Source: a bacterium (GTDB lineage: Bacteria > SAR324 > XYD2-FULL-50-16). From it: a stretch of DNA of 64,000 bases. Under the pieces are notes generated by a model. The model did no database searches. It saw only the letters and a program-made list of their open reading frames with translations, and had not been told where the DNA came from. Positions 1-9,540 of the stretch are shown one piece after another (the first letter of the stretch is position 1; each line of letters starts with the position of its first letter). The stretch lies in the NCBI GenBank assembly GCA_032250835.1, contig JAVVEA010000001.1:384001-448000 (forward strand). The letters run 5' to 3'. Position numbers and translations under genes: made by a program.

Positions 1-472
1 ACCAAAATTCCAAGACCAGATGCTCTAACTGAAGCGCTTCTTGCTTGGGTTGTGCGCCCTTCAAAAAACTCTGGGCCAAGGCTAAATCACCGAACCAAAG
101 GGCCAGAAGGGCCCGTTGTTGGTCTAGCTCGGCGCTCTTGAACGCCGATCCAGGCTTTTGGGTGAGGGCCGCAAAGGCGGCACCGTAAAAGCCCTGGTAG
201 GTTAAATATCGCACCTGATGGGCCAGCGCCTCGGCGTTGGGCGCGGGGGCGCGGGGGTGGCGTTCTAAGGTAAGGAGGTAAAGCTGGGATTGGCGGACCG
301 ATGAGTCCACCGGCAAGCGGCGGTATTCATCTTGTGCGGAGCTATAGTCTCCGCGGCGCTCAAAGCCTAAAGCCCGAAGATAGGCCGACCGACGCCCGTC
401 GCGCAGCGGTTGGGCCGCTTGCAGCAGGGTAGGGGTGAGCAAGAGAGCACATAAAAGCAGAGCTTTAAACAT
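1..472 (-). CDS. Exported helical (TPR-like) hypothetical protein, truncated by window start
   Basis: Manual translation from ATG at 472: MFKALLLCALLLTPTLLQAAQPLRDGRRSAYLRALGFERRGDYSSAQDEYRRL... Signal peptide-like N-terminus; frame open to the window edge. Confidence 0.6.
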   Translation of the reverse strand, partial: MFKALLLCALLLTPTLLQAAQPLRDGRRSAYLRALGFERRGDYSSAQDEYRRLPVDSSVRQSQLYLLTLERHPRAPAPNAEALAHQVRYLTYQGFYGAAFAALTQKPGSAFKSAELDQQRALLALWFGDLALAQSFLKGAQPKQEALQLEHLVLEFW

Positions 473-481
473 CAACAACCC

Positions 482-510
482 AAAAAAAAAGGGACCCGAA
501 GGCCCCTCTT
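482..510 (-). terminator. Intrinsic terminator
   Basis: Minus strand GGGGCC-TTCG-GGTCCC followed by a T9 run, just after the stop of 518..1579. Confidence 0.85.
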
Positions 511-517
511 TATTTCG

Positions 518-1579
518 CTAAAATCTCACCAGGAAAGAGCCGGAGTAATCCGGGTCTTTGCGGAGTTGAGCCAAGACCTTCTTGGCCTCTCCCCTGGAGT
601 CGTACGGTCCCGCATAAACTTTGATGCTGTCGTAGTCTTTGCGGACATGTTCTAGGTTAAAGCGGACCTTGTCTTTTTGCAGTTCCTTTTCTAAATAGAA
701 CTTCAAGTCTTTAGCCCGGTCTAAGGCCGGGAAGGTACCCATGGTGATGCGGTAACCATTAGACTGACTGGCCACACTCGCTTGGCCCGGCTTGCTGTTG
801 ATCCGGTTGATCTGGTCGGCCAACTGTTTGGCGTCACGGTAATTATATACATCACCGGTAATCAACTCAATGAAGTCAAACTTTTCGCCCACCTGTTGGG
901 TAAAGACAGGCTCGCCTTTTTTGCGGATCGCATCGGCGTAGTCTTCTTTGCAATTCTCAAAAGAGCAGGTTGCCACCTGAATCAAGTATTGGGCCCTGGG
1001 CTTAGCGGGCATCGCCTGTACCGGTGGCGGCTCTTGAGCCGGTTCGGGCTCGACCATCACCGGAGGGGGAAGCTGCTTTTTGAACTTAGGCATCTCCAAC
1101 TTAATTTTGGGCTGTTCCATGCGGACCACTTCTTCCTTGAACTCGCTTTCCATGGGCGGCATTTCGTCCATAACCGGCGTTTCGGGCTCGTTCATGAAGA
1201 AGTACCAACCAGCGCCGCCACCGGCACCGATCAAGATCAAGAGAATCAAAACAATCCATTTGCCCTTCCCACCGGACTTCGCGGCCGCCGGTGCAGCCGC
1301 TGGGGCGGCTGCAGCCGCCGCTTGCGGGGCAGCTTGAGCCGGGGCGGCTGGGCTAGGTGCAGACCCACCGCCGCCGTCGCTGTCCATATCTTCAATCGAG
1401 GAAAGATCTTCGAAGAAGGAGTCTAGTTCGGAATCGCCCGATTCACCGCCACCTCCACCGCCACCAGATCCGCCATCGTCGTCGCCAAGGGCATCGTCCA
1501 GGGAACCGGCAAAGTCGTCGCCGCCATCGTCATCGAGTCCCAGGTCGTCGTCTAAGTCGAAATTTTCGTCATCACCCAT
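518..1579 (-). CDS. SPOR-domain bitopic membrane protein
   Basis: Acidic/Gly/Ala-Pro N-terminus, one TM helix (WIVLILLILIGAGGGAGWYFF), Pro-rich linker, and C-terminal SPOR-like motifs (YRITMGTFPALDRA; VYAGPYDSRGEAKKVLAQL). Confidence 0.7.
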   Translation of the reverse strand: MGDDENFDLDDDLGLDDDGGDDFAGSLDDALGDDDGGSGGGGGGGESGDSELDSFFEDLSSIEDMDSDGGGGSAPSPAAPAQAAPQAAAAAAPAAAPAAAKSGGKGKWIVLILLILIGAGGGAGWYFFMNEPETPVMDEMPPMESEFKEEVVRMEQPKIKLEMPKFKKQLPPPVMVEPEPAQEPPPVQAMPAKPRAQYLIQVATCSFENCKEDYADAIRKKGEPVFTQQVGEKFDFIELITGDVYNYRDAKQLADQINRINSKPGQASVASQSNGYRITMGTFPALDRAKDLKFYLEKELQKDKVRFNLEHVRKDYDSIKVYAGPYDSRGEAKKVLAQLRKDPDYSGSFLVRF

Positions 1580-1606
1580 GGTTCTCTCTCTGTTGATCGG
1601 TTCGCG

Positions 1607-2359
1607 TCATCTTTGAGCCAGTCGGGCCAGCCCCAACAGCGTCAACCCTGGTTCCAGGGCGTCTAGATTGGCAGTTTGGCGGTACATGAGATCGGCCAAG
1701 CCACCGGTGGCCACGCGGAAAATAGGTGCCCCATGGGAGGCGGCAATTTTTTCCAGCATGGTTTCCACCAGCGAAGAGTATCCAAGAAGGATACCAGATT
1801 GTAAGGCTTCCTTCGTATTTTTTCCAATAATTTCGGTGGGAAACTCCAGAGGGACCTCATAAAGCCCCTCGGCGCTTTCCGCCAGCGCCTTACGACAGAG
1901 TTCCAAGCCTGGAAAAATAGCGCCACCTAAAAAGGTTCCGGCTTGATTGATCACGTCAAAAGTGGTGGCCGTGCCCAGGTCTACCACCACCAAATCCCGA
2001 CCATATCGTTGCCAAGCCGCCCAAGCGGTCAGCAAGCGGTCAATTCCGGTTCCTTCGGTGGCGATAACCAAGCCTTCGGCTTCCAGCCAAGCTGGAGTCA
2101 CCGGCTTAAGGGCAAAGCCCAGGTCCTTAGACAAGCTCTCAAGCAGCGGCGCGATGCTAGGCACTACTGAGGCATAAATTAAGACCTCGAAGGGTCCCCA
2201 GGCGGCCACCAAAGGGGCCAACTGGTCGCGGTAAAAGGCGGCTTCGCGCAAGGGGCGGGTGGGCAGGCGCAACTCTTTGAGCAACTCCAAGCCGTCGAAC
2301 CAGCCAAAATGCAGCGTCGAATTGCCGGCATCTAGAACCAACCGCTTAGAAGAAGCCAT
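1607..2359 (-). CDS. coaX: Type III pantothenate kinase
   Basis: LDAGNS, ASVVP, GIDR, VVDLGTATTFD and GGAIFPG motifs. Confidence 0.93.
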   Translation of the reverse strand: MASSKRLVLDAGNSTLHFGWFDGLELLKELRLPTRPLREAAFYRDQLAPLVAAWGPFEVLIYASVVPSIAPLLESLSKDLGFALKPVTPAWLEAEGLVIATEGTGIDRLLTAWAAWQRYGRDLVVVDLGTATTFDVINQAGTFLGGAIFPGLELCRKALAESAEGLYEVPLEFPTEIIGKNTKEALQSGILLGYSSLVETMLEKIAASHGAPIFRVATGGLADLMYRQTANLDALEPGLTLLGLARLAQR

Positions 2360-2999
2360 GGTCCTTCAAAAAGGATTCGTTCAGTTTCGATTCAGGTTGG
2401 TTCTGCGCCCCAAAGGACAACATGCGTTCCACATAACGTCCAATCAAATCCGTTTCGAGGTGGACTAGGTCGCCAGGGCTCAGTTCGCTCAAGTTCGTTT
2501 CCAGATAAGTATGGGGGATGATGGCTACTTCTAGTTGCTGTGAGTCGAGCTTCGAAAGGGTCAGGCTGATGCCGTTGATGGCCACCGATCCCTTGGGGAT
2601 AAAATATTTTTCTAGGGCCCCATCGAAGCTGAAAGCGAGTCGGTAAAAATTCCCCTGTTTCTCCACCAACTCGCAACGACCGATCCCGTCCACATGCCCT
2701 TGGACCATATGCCCACCTAAACGGTCGCCCATCCGTAAGGCCCGTTCCAGATTGAGGCGGGCTCCGCTGCGCTTGGCGGCGAAGAGACTTTTGTCTAGTG
2801 TTTCACTAGACAACTCAAAAGCGGCGCTCTGGTCATCGAAGCGCACCACCGTCAGGCAAACCCCATCGATTGCCACCGAGTCGCCTAGCTTCAGGTCCGA
2901 TTGGATCAAGCGGCAGCGCAGGGTCAGTTCCTTTTGGTTCGGGCCGATGCCGCGCAGGGCCTCTAGCTGGCCCACTTCTTCAATCAATCCGGTAAACAT
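2346..2999 (-). CDS. ribE: Riboflavin synthase (alpha chain)
   Basis: MFTGLIE start, DGVCLTV, NLERAL, GGHMVQGHVDG. Confidence 0.97.
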   Translation of the reverse strand: MFTGLIEEVGQLEALRGIGPNQKELTLRCRLIQSDLKLGDSVAIDGVCLTVVRFDDQSAAFELSSETLDKSLFAAKRSGARLNLERALRMGDRLGGHMVQGHVDGIGRCELVEKQGNFYRLAFSFDGALEKYFIPKGSVAINGISLTLSKLDSQQLEVAIIPHTYLETNLSELSPGDLVHLETDLIGRYVERMLSFGAQNQPESKLNESFLKDHGFF

Positions 3000-4107
3000 C
3001 CTCGATCCTTCGGTAGTACTCTAACCCCAGGTCTGGGCCCAACCGCTCGACGCCACCTAGGTGCCAGCGTGGCAGGTCCGATAAGTTCTGGCCCAAGCCG
3101 GCATCGCCCGCAAAACCCGGCGCGCTCGACTGCCCCATCACCAAACCTGCATAAAAGAGACACCAACGGTCTACCATGTCCGCCTTGAGAAAGCCAGCGA
3201 TCAAGGCCGCTCCCCCTTCAAGCAGCAAACTCACCAGACCCAGCCCAAACAACTGTTCCAAGGCCCAACGAGGAGGTATTTGAGGCGTCGAGGCAACTAA
3301 ACAATCCACCCCCAAAGCTTCAAATTCGCGGACCCGAGCAGGTAAAACTCGACTGCCCAAGAGAATCACCTTTCGGACCCCCTCGCGGGGCTGAAAAAAG
3401 CGGGCCGATGGATTTAATTCGCCTAGGGTTGAGAACACCACCTGTACCGGGTTGCGCGGCCTATCGCTGTGGCGGTCCGTCAGTTGGGGGTCGTCCTGAT
3501 TGAGCGTGGCGGCACCTACCCCAATGGCTTGATGGGCACTGCGCAACCGGTGGCCTGCCGCACGAGCCTCGGGCCCGGTAATCCATTGGGATTGCCCGGT
3601 TGCGGTGGCGATTCGCCCGTCTAAACTCACCGCCGCTTTAGCACTCACATAAGGCAGCTTTTGAAGCATCTGTTTATTAAAGACCCGGTTTAAGGCATAA
3701 CAGGCTTGCGCCAAAGGTCCTTGTTGCACCGCCACGCCTTGGCTGCGCAGCCAGTCCAGGCTCTTACCGCTCATCTGGGGATTGGGGTCAAGGCTCCCAA
3801 CCACCAAATTTTTGACCCCCTTTTCTAAGATCAACTGGGTGCAGGGCGGGGTACGGCCTTGATGGTTGCAGGGCTCTAGAGTGACGTAGAGGGTCGAGTC
3901 GGCAGGTACTTGGTCCCAATCGGCCAAGGCGTTGACCTCCGCGTGGGGCTTCCCGGCCAGGTGGTGCCAACCTTCAGAGAGGATTTCCCCGGTACCAGAG
4001 ACCAACAGGGCCCCCACCATGGGGTTGGGTTCGGTTTGGTTTTCGGCGCGGCGGGCCAGTTCGATGGCCCGGGCCATGTAATATTCGGGAGGATGCTGCG
4101 CAGCCAA
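2980..4107 (-). CDS. ribD: Bifunctional riboflavin deaminase/reductase
   Basis: PNPMVGA, HAE, TLEPCNHQGRTPPC, SLDGRIA, LLEGG. Start could be the ATG at 4078. Confidence 0.96.
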   Translation of the reverse strand: MAAQHPPEYYMARAIELARRAENQTEPNPMVGALLVSGTGEILSEGWHHLAGKPHAEVNALADWDQVPADSTLYVTLEPCNHQGRTPPCTQLILEKGVKNLVVGSLDPNPQMSGKSLDWLRSQGVAVQQGPLAQACYALNRVFNKQMLQKLPYVSAKAAVSLDGRIATATGQSQWITGPEARAAGHRLRSAHQAIGVGAATLNQDDPQLTDRHSDRPRNPVQVVFSTLGELNPSARFFQPREGVRKVILLGSRVLPARVREFEALGVDCLVASTPQIPPRWALEQLFGLGLVSLLLEGGAALIAGFLKADMVDRWCLFYAGLVMGQSSAPGFAGDAGLGQNLSDLPRWHLGGVERLGPDLGLEYYRRIEDVYRID

Positions 4108-4111
4108 AAGC

Positions 4112-4609
4112 TTATTTAACCTCGGCCAGACGAATGATCCGTTCTTCGGGGCTCAAGATGGCGGTAATTTTGGCCCCAAATTTCTCGTTAACCACCACCA
4201 CTTCGCCGGTCGCCAGGAGGTGTCCGTTAACATAGACCTCCAATTCCTCACCAACCAATCGGTGCAATTCGATTACCGAGCCCTGACCTAAAGACAACAG
4301 GTCACTGATGTACATCTTAGCCCGCCCCACCTCAAAGGTTACCTTGAGCTTAATGTCCATCAGAAAGTCTAAGTCCATGGTGCCGTCGGCACCAGAACCG
4401 ACCCCCGAGGCAGTCATGGTTTTTTTAGCGCCCGGCACTACGGCCCCTTCAGCGGGGTCTTCAGGCGGGATGCCGTCTTGCTCCAAGGCCGCTTGTGCGG
4501 CCTCAAAGGGGTCTACCTCACCACCAGCGTCCTCTTCCTTGGGGGGGCCATCGCCACCGCCAAGTTGCTGCATCGCCGCTTCAAAAGGGTCCAATTCTTC
4601 AGCCATCAA
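4112..4609 (-). CDS. fliN: Flagellar motor switch protein FliN with acidic N-terminal extension
   Basis: SpoA domain: LDFLMDIKLKVTFEVGRAK...LGQGSVIEL...GEVVVVNEKFGAKIT. Confidence 0.88.
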   Translation of the reverse strand: MMAEELDPFEAAMQQLGGGDGPPKEEDAGGEVDPFEAAQAALEQDGIPPEDPAEGAVVPGAKKTMTASGVGSGADGTMDLDFLMDIKLKVTFEVGRAKMYISDLLSLGQGSVIELHRLVGEELEVYVNGHLLATGEVVVVNEKFGAKITAILSPEERIIRLAEVK

Positions 4610-4612
4610 GAC

Positions 4613-4909
4613 CTACTGGGCTTCGGGTTGCTGGGACTGGTTCTTTGGGATCGCCGCATAACGACCGGCGCAACGCATCTGGGTCGGTGCTAAGAAGGAT
4701 TTATTGGCGTCTCGGTAACGATCCCGCACCGGTTTCATGCACCAAAAGGCCTCACCGTCGACGCGCTTGAGCACACAGGTATATTTTGCCTTATAGCATT
4801 CGGGTGGGCGGATATAGTCCTGCGCCGAAAGGGGCATTTCCCTCGACAACGCTAGGCTCCCCACCAGCATTAGCGAAACCGCCAGGAGCATCAATTTACC
4901 GATCATCAC
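4613..4909 (-). CDS. Small exported Cys-containing hypothetical protein
   Basis: Signal peptide-like N-terminus, four Cys, tightly packed between fumarase and fliN on the same strand. Confidence 0.55.
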   Translation of the reverse strand: MMIGKLMLLAVSLMLVGSLALSREMPLSAQDYIRPPECYKAKYTCVLKRVDGEAFWCMKPVRDRYRDANKSFLAPTQMRCAGRYAAIPKNQSQQPEAQ

Positions 4910-4990
4910 GTTCCATCATTGAGTTTTGGAATCAGGTTCGCCACAGGGGCTTACCTGAATACCAAAGCAGGTTTTAGGCCAAACCGGCCG

Positions 4991-6595
4991 TTAACCTACG
5001 GCAAAGAAATCGTTCCCTTTGTCGTCTACGATAATAAAGGCCGGAAAATCCTTTACCTTGATCTTATATATAGCTTCCATGCCCAGCTCGGGAAATTCGA
5101 TCAACTCCATTTCGGTGATGCACTCTTTACCTAAGATGGCGGCGGCTCCGCCGATGCTGCCTAGATAAAAGCCACCATATTGGTGGCAAGAGTCCGTCAC
5201 CCCTTTAGACCGGTTGCCCTTGGCGAGCATCACCATACTGCCGCCCTCCTTTTGGAAGACCGGCACATAAGAGTCCATCCGTCCGGCGGTGGTGGGGCCG
5301 AAGCTACCTGAGGCAAAACCCTCAGGGGTCTTGGCGGGACCGGCATAATAGACCACATGGTCTTTAAAGTATTGGGGTAACTCCTCGCCGTTGTCCAGCC
5401 GTTCCTTCAGCTTCGCGTGGGCGATGTCGCGCGCCACGATGATGGTGCCGCTGAGCATCAGCCGGGTCTTGATGGGGTACTGGCTGAGCGTCTCTAAAAG
5501 TTTGGGCATGCCCATATCTAGGTCAACCGCCACGGCGGCGGTACCTTCGGCGGTATGGGAGGGCAAGTACTGGGCCGGGTTGGTTTCGAGTTGCTCTAAA
5601 AAGACCCCTTCTTTGGTGATCTTGCCCTTAATGTTGCGGTCGGCGCTGCAACTTACCCCCAGGCCCACGGGGCAAGAGGCTCCATGCCGGGGTAGGCGGA
5701 TCACCCGGACGTCATGGGCAAAGTACTTGCCGCCAAACTGGGCCCCTAGGCCCAAATGGCGGGTGATCTCTAGAACCTGTTGTTCCAGTTCCAAGTCTCG
5801 GTAGGCCCGGCCGCCTTCGCTGCCGCTGGTGGGCAAGGTGTCTAGCTCCTTGGCGCTGGCGAGCTTGACGGTCTTTAAGACCATCTCGGCGCTGGTGCCG
5901 CCGATGACAATGGCCAAGTGGTAGGGCGGACAAGCGGCGGTACCCAGCCCCCGGATCTTCTCGCTCAAAAAGGGGAGTAGGGTCTTAGGGTTAAGCAACG
6001 CCTTGGTTTCTTGATAGAGGTAGGTCTTATTGGCCGAGCCGCCGCCTTTGGCGATAAAAAGAAACTTATAGGCATCCTGCCCCTCGGCGTAAAGATCGAT
6101 CTGGGCCGGAAGGTTGGTGCCCGTGTTTTTTTCTTCATACATGCTCAGCGGGGCCACCTGGGAATAGCGCAGGTTGGTTTCGCTGTAGGTCTTATATATA
6201 CCAGCGCTCAGTGCCTGGGCATCACCGCCTTCGGTGATCACACGCTCGCCCTTCTTGCCCATCACAATCGCCGTACCGGTGTCTTGGCAACTTGGGAAGA
6301 TTCCCTCGGCGGCGATCACGGCGTTTTCGAGCAGGTTGGTGGCCACGAAGCGGTCATTTTCGCTGGCTTCGGGATCTTCTAAAATGTTTTGCAAAGACTT
6401 CAAGTGCGCCGGCCGTAGCAAATGGGAAACATCTTTCATGGCCTTCTCGGCCAAAAGCGTTAGGGCTTCGGGCGCGACTTTTAGAATTTGGTGCTCCCCC
6501 CAAGACTCCAAGCTAACATGTTCGTCAGTTAACTTTAGATAGGGCGTTTGATCGGGTCCAAATTGGAAGAGGTCTTCGTATAGGAATGAGGGCAT
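4991..6595 (-). CDS. fumA: Class I (Fe-S) fumarate hydratase
   Basis: [40 protein letters not shown]. Confidence 0.97.
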   Translation of the reverse strand: MPSFLYEDLFQFGPDQTPYLKLTDEHVSLESWGEHQILKVAPEALTLLAEKAMKDVSHLLRPAHLKSLQNILEDPEASENDRFVATNLLENAVIAAEGIFPSCQDTGTAIVMGKKGERVITEGGDAQALSAGIYKTYSETNLRYSQVAPLSMYEEKNTGTNLPAQIDLYAEGQDAYKFLFIAKGGGSANKTYLYQETKALLNPKTLLPFLSEKIRGLGTAACPPYHLAIVIGGTSAEMVLKTVKLASAKELDTLPTSGSEGGRAYRDLELEQQVLEITRHLGLGAQFGGKYFAHDVRVIRLPRHGASCPVGLGVSCSADRNIKGKITKEGVFLEQLETNPAQYLPSHTAEGTAAVAVDLDMGMPKLLETLSQYPIKTRLMLSGTIIVARDIAHAKLKERLDNGEELPQYFKDHVVYYAGPAKTPEGFASGSFGPTTAGRMDSYVPVFQKEGGSMVMLAKGNRSKGVTDSCHQYGGFYLGSIGGAAAILGKECITEMELIEFPELGMEAIYKIKVKDFPAFIIVDDKGNDFFAVG

Positions 6596-6731
6596 CTGGG
6601 GGTCCGTTGGGGTTGTCTAGAATGTTTATCTGCCTATTTTGCCAAACTTCAAGTCCCCTTGCTACCCCTTTCTTGACTAACCTGCTTTGGGGAATAGGTT
6701 TATATACCTAAATCTTTTTTAAATATATCTC

Positions 6732-6760
6732 TTGCTAAAAGCCGCGCGTTTCGTTAATAT
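6732..6760 (+). promoter_or_regulatory. Sigma70-like promoter for the Crp/Fnr gene
   Basis: TTGCTA-N17-TAATAT, followed by an AGGAGG SD before ATG 6802. Confidence 0.55.
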
Positions 6761-6801
6761 ATTACCAACAGAACATGTCCAACCCGCCTTAGGAGGATCA
6801 A

Positions 6802-7485
6802 ATGGGAGTCTCAGGATTGGTGGGTCGCGAAAGGTATTCCAACTTCAGCGCCCAAGAAATTACCCACTTTTTTATGGAGTGGGGCAAGCTGACGACCGTG
6901 CCCAAGGGTACGACCCTATTCACCCCTGGAGAAAGGGGCGATCAGGTTTACTACGTTACCCACGGTGAAGTGAAGATCTATCGCTCCACTAATGAAGGCA
7001 AAGAGATCATCATGGAACTATTGGGGCCTGGTGGCGTGATCGGTGATTCTGAAGCCTTGAGCGGCTTGGAGTGGAAAAACACCGCAGTAACCAAGCGCGA
7101 CACCATTGTCCACGTATTGAGCCGCCGGACCTTGCTTGAGCGGATCGAAAAGGACCGCAAAATTGGTGCTTGGTTGCTTGAGCGGCTGGCCCGCAAGCAA
7201 TTGGAGACCGAAAACCTGATGGAAGGCTTGCTCTTTAAGAGCGCCAACGCCAAAGTGGCGCAGGTTCTCTTGGACCTCTCCGAGCGTTACGGTGTAAGCA
7301 ATGATGAAGGCTTGTTGATTGATTATTTGATCACCCATCAAGAAATTGGCAACACCATCGCCACCACGCGCGAAACGGTGTCTTATGCCTTCATGGAATT
7401 CCGCCAAGCTGGCTTGATCGATACGGTCAAGCGCCGCACGGTGATCAAGGACCGCGAAGCTTTGCTGGCCGTAACCCAGCAGTAG
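6802..7485 (+). CDS. Crp/Fnr family transcriptional regulator
   Basis: cNMP-binding barrel (LFTPGERGDQVYYVTHGEVKI) and HTH (ITHQEIGNTIATTRETVS). No FNR cysteines. Confidence 0.92.
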   Translation: MGVSGLVGRERYSNFSAQEITHFFMEWGKLTTVPKGTTLFTPGERGDQVYYVTHGEVKIYRSTNEGKEIIMELLGPGGVIGDSEALSGLEWKNTAVTKRDTIVHVLSRRTLLERIEKDRKIGAWLLERLARKQLETENLMEGLLFKSANAKVAQVLLDLSERYGVSNDEGLLIDYLITHQEIGNTIATTRETVSYAFMEFRQAGLIDTVKRRTVIKDREALLAVTQQ

Positions 7486-7649
7486 AGGTTCCAAAAAGGG
7501 TATTATACCCCTGGGCCCGCCCTCTTCCCCCAACCACTGGGGGGCGGGTTCCCCTTTACTGCAAATTCCCCCCCATTGCGCTTTTTCCAGCTTTGTGCAA
7601 AGCTGAGCGTCCACCGAAAAAAAATGACCCCGATCCCCGTATAACGGAG

Positions 7650-8210
7650 ATGTACAGCACTAACGAATTCCGCAAGGGCCTCCGCATTGAGGTTGACGGC
7701 AACCCCTACATCATCGTAGAGAACCAGTTCGTCAAGCCCGGCAAGGGCCAGGCCTTCAACCGCGTAAGGATCAAAAACCTGCTCAACGGCAACACCATCG
7801 AGCGGACCATGAAGTCCGGCGAAAAAGTGCCCAAGGCGGATATTGTCGATAAAGAGATGCAATATCTCTATCTAGACGGCGACAAATACCACTTCATGGA
7901 CACCCAAACCTATGAGCAGATCGAACTGACCAAAGATCAGCTAGGTGACAACTGGGCGTGGCTGAAAGAACAAATGATGTGTCAAGTCATGCTGTACCGG
8001 GGCGTCGCGGTTTCCGTCGAGGTTCCCAACTTTGTGGAACTCGAAATCACCTACTGCGAGCCAGGTATTAAGGGCGATACAGCCACCAACACCACCAAGC
8101 CCGCCGACATGGAAACGGGCGCACAGGTTCAGGTGCCTCTTTTCGTTACCCAGGGCGAGAAGATCAAGATCGACACCCGCACCGGCCAATATGTGGAGCG
8201 GGTCATGTAG
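7650..8210 (+). CDS. efp: Elongation factor P
   Basis: MYSTNEFRKGL..., VKPGKGQAF, PGIKGDT, VPLFV, DTRTGQYVER. Start set at ATG 7650 (GGAG immediately upstream). Confidence 0.97.
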   Translation: MYSTNEFRKGLRIEVDGNPYIIVENQFVKPGKGQAFNRVRIKNLLNGNTIERTMKSGEKVPKADIVDKEMQYLYLDGDKYHFMDTQTYEQIELTKDQLGDNWAWLKEQMMCQVMLYRGVAVSVEVPNFVELEITYCEPGIKGDTATNTTKPADMETGAQVQVPLFVTQGEKIKIDTRTGQYVERVM

Positions 8211-9128
8211 ATGCCTTCTCGCGCTCTTAAGGCGCGGGCCGATCTACTGACGCGGCTGCGTCACTTTTTTGCACAGCGGGGGCTGACCGAGGTCAGCACC
8301 CCGCTGCTCTGCTCCTACCCCAACCTAGAAGCTCATATCGACCCGGTCCCAGCAGGCTCAAACCGCTGGCTGCCCAGTTCTCCCGAATATGCCATGAAAC
8401 GCCTGTTGGCGGCTGGCTCGGGATCGATCTACCAGATTTGTCCGGCCTTCCGTTTGGGCGAGTTGGGCGCTAAACACCAGCCTGAATTCACGCTCTTAGA
8501 GTTTTATCTAGTCGCCCAGGATCATTGGGGCCTGATGGACTTTGTGGACCAACTGCTGCAAGAGGTTTTAGGTTGGCCTGCGGCCCAGCGGATTGATTAT
8601 GCAGAGGTCTTTAGAGATACCCTGGGCATCAACGCCTTGGCCTTAGAGATGGACGCCTTCGCTAAGGCCTTAAAATCGCGCCAAATGGCGGTTCCTGAAT
8701 TTCTGATGACCGCCAACACCACCCAAACGGACCGGCTGGATTACCTCTTTTCGACGTTGATCGAACCCGATTTAGGTACCGACCGGCCGGTTTTGTTGAC
8801 CGGTTATCCCCCCTTTATGGCCGCGCTGGCACGCATAGACCAAGGGCGCGCCGCGAGGTTCGAGGTCTTTTACCGGGGACTGGAGTTAGGCAATGGTTTT
8901 TGGGAGCTTAAAGACCCCGCTGAACAGCGAGCCCGCTTTGAAGAAGCCAACCGCCAAAGGGTAGCTGCGGGAAAGTCGGCCTATGGGGTAGACGAACGAT
9001 TCTTGGCCTGCTTAGACCAATTGCCAGATTGTGCGGGAATCGCCCTAGGTTTAGACCGCCTGCTGATGCTTTGGCTGGGCGTTGATTCTATCGACCAGGT
9101 TTTAACCTTGCCTTGGGATCAAATCTAA
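8211..9128 (+). CDS. epmA: EF-P lysine aminoacylase EpmA (GenX/PoxA)
   Basis: SSPEYAMKRLLAAGSG, HQPEFTLLEFY, ELGNGFWEL, GIALGLDRL; abuts efp. Confidence 0.93.
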   Translation: MPSRALKARADLLTRLRHFFAQRGLTEVSTPLLCSYPNLEAHIDPVPAGSNRWLPSSPEYAMKRLLAAGSGSIYQICPAFRLGELGAKHQPEFTLLEFYLVAQDHWGLMDFVDQLLQEVLGWPAAQRIDYAEVFRDTLGINALALEMDAFAKALKSRQMAVPEFLMTANTTQTDRLDYLFSTLIEPDLGTDRPVLLTGYPPFMAALARIDQGRAARFEVFYRGLELGNGFWELKDPAEQRARFEEANRQRVAAGKSAYGVDERFLACLDQLPDCAGIALGLDRLLMLWLGVDSIDQVLTLPWDQI

Positions 9129-9490
9129 CGAGGTGCCGCAACGAGCTTTTCGCTGGCTCCCTGGCCCTGTAACGGCTTACCTTTGGGGCTTTGTTGAGCC
9201 TTTGGCTTGATCGTCTTGGACTCATCGTCCGCCGGGGCCCCATGGAGCTCTTCAATCGCTCCGTCGAGCAGCATCAGCGCTGCTTCAATCAAATCTTTTG
9301 AACCATAGCCCCGCTCGACCAAGCAGTGGACGAAGCTCTTGGTGACCAAGGCCAATTCCTGGGCATTGGGCTCGCCGCCGCTCATTTCGGCTTGGGTCTG
9401 CTCTGGGCAGCAAGGTTTTCCCGTAATTTTGGACATCTGGTTCGGTTTCATGAGAATTAGAGGTTCAAGTTCCATGCCCTCACGACCCAA
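9125..9490 (-). CDS. Small hypothetical protein
   Basis: Helical core (LALVTKSFVHCLVERGYGSKDLIEAALMLLD) with disordered ends. Start uncertain. Confidence 0.5.
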   Translation of the reverse strand: MGREGMELEPLILMKPNQMSKITGKPCCPEQTQAEMSGGEPNAQELALVTKSFVHCLVERGYGSKDLIEAALMLLDGAIEELHGAPADDESKTIKPKAQQSPKGKPLQGQGASEKLVAAPR

Positions 9491-9540
9491 AGAGTTCAGC
9501 TCTGCGTTGCTCGAATCCCTTGGACTAGTCTACCTCTTTA

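Noticed and set aside
2980-4990. FMN riboswitch upstream of the rib genes
   Set aside because: No intergenic space before ribD and no RFN consensus seen.
7650-9128. efp-epmA without epmB as a novelty
   Set aside because: Ordinary arrangement; epmB may lie elsewhere in the genome.
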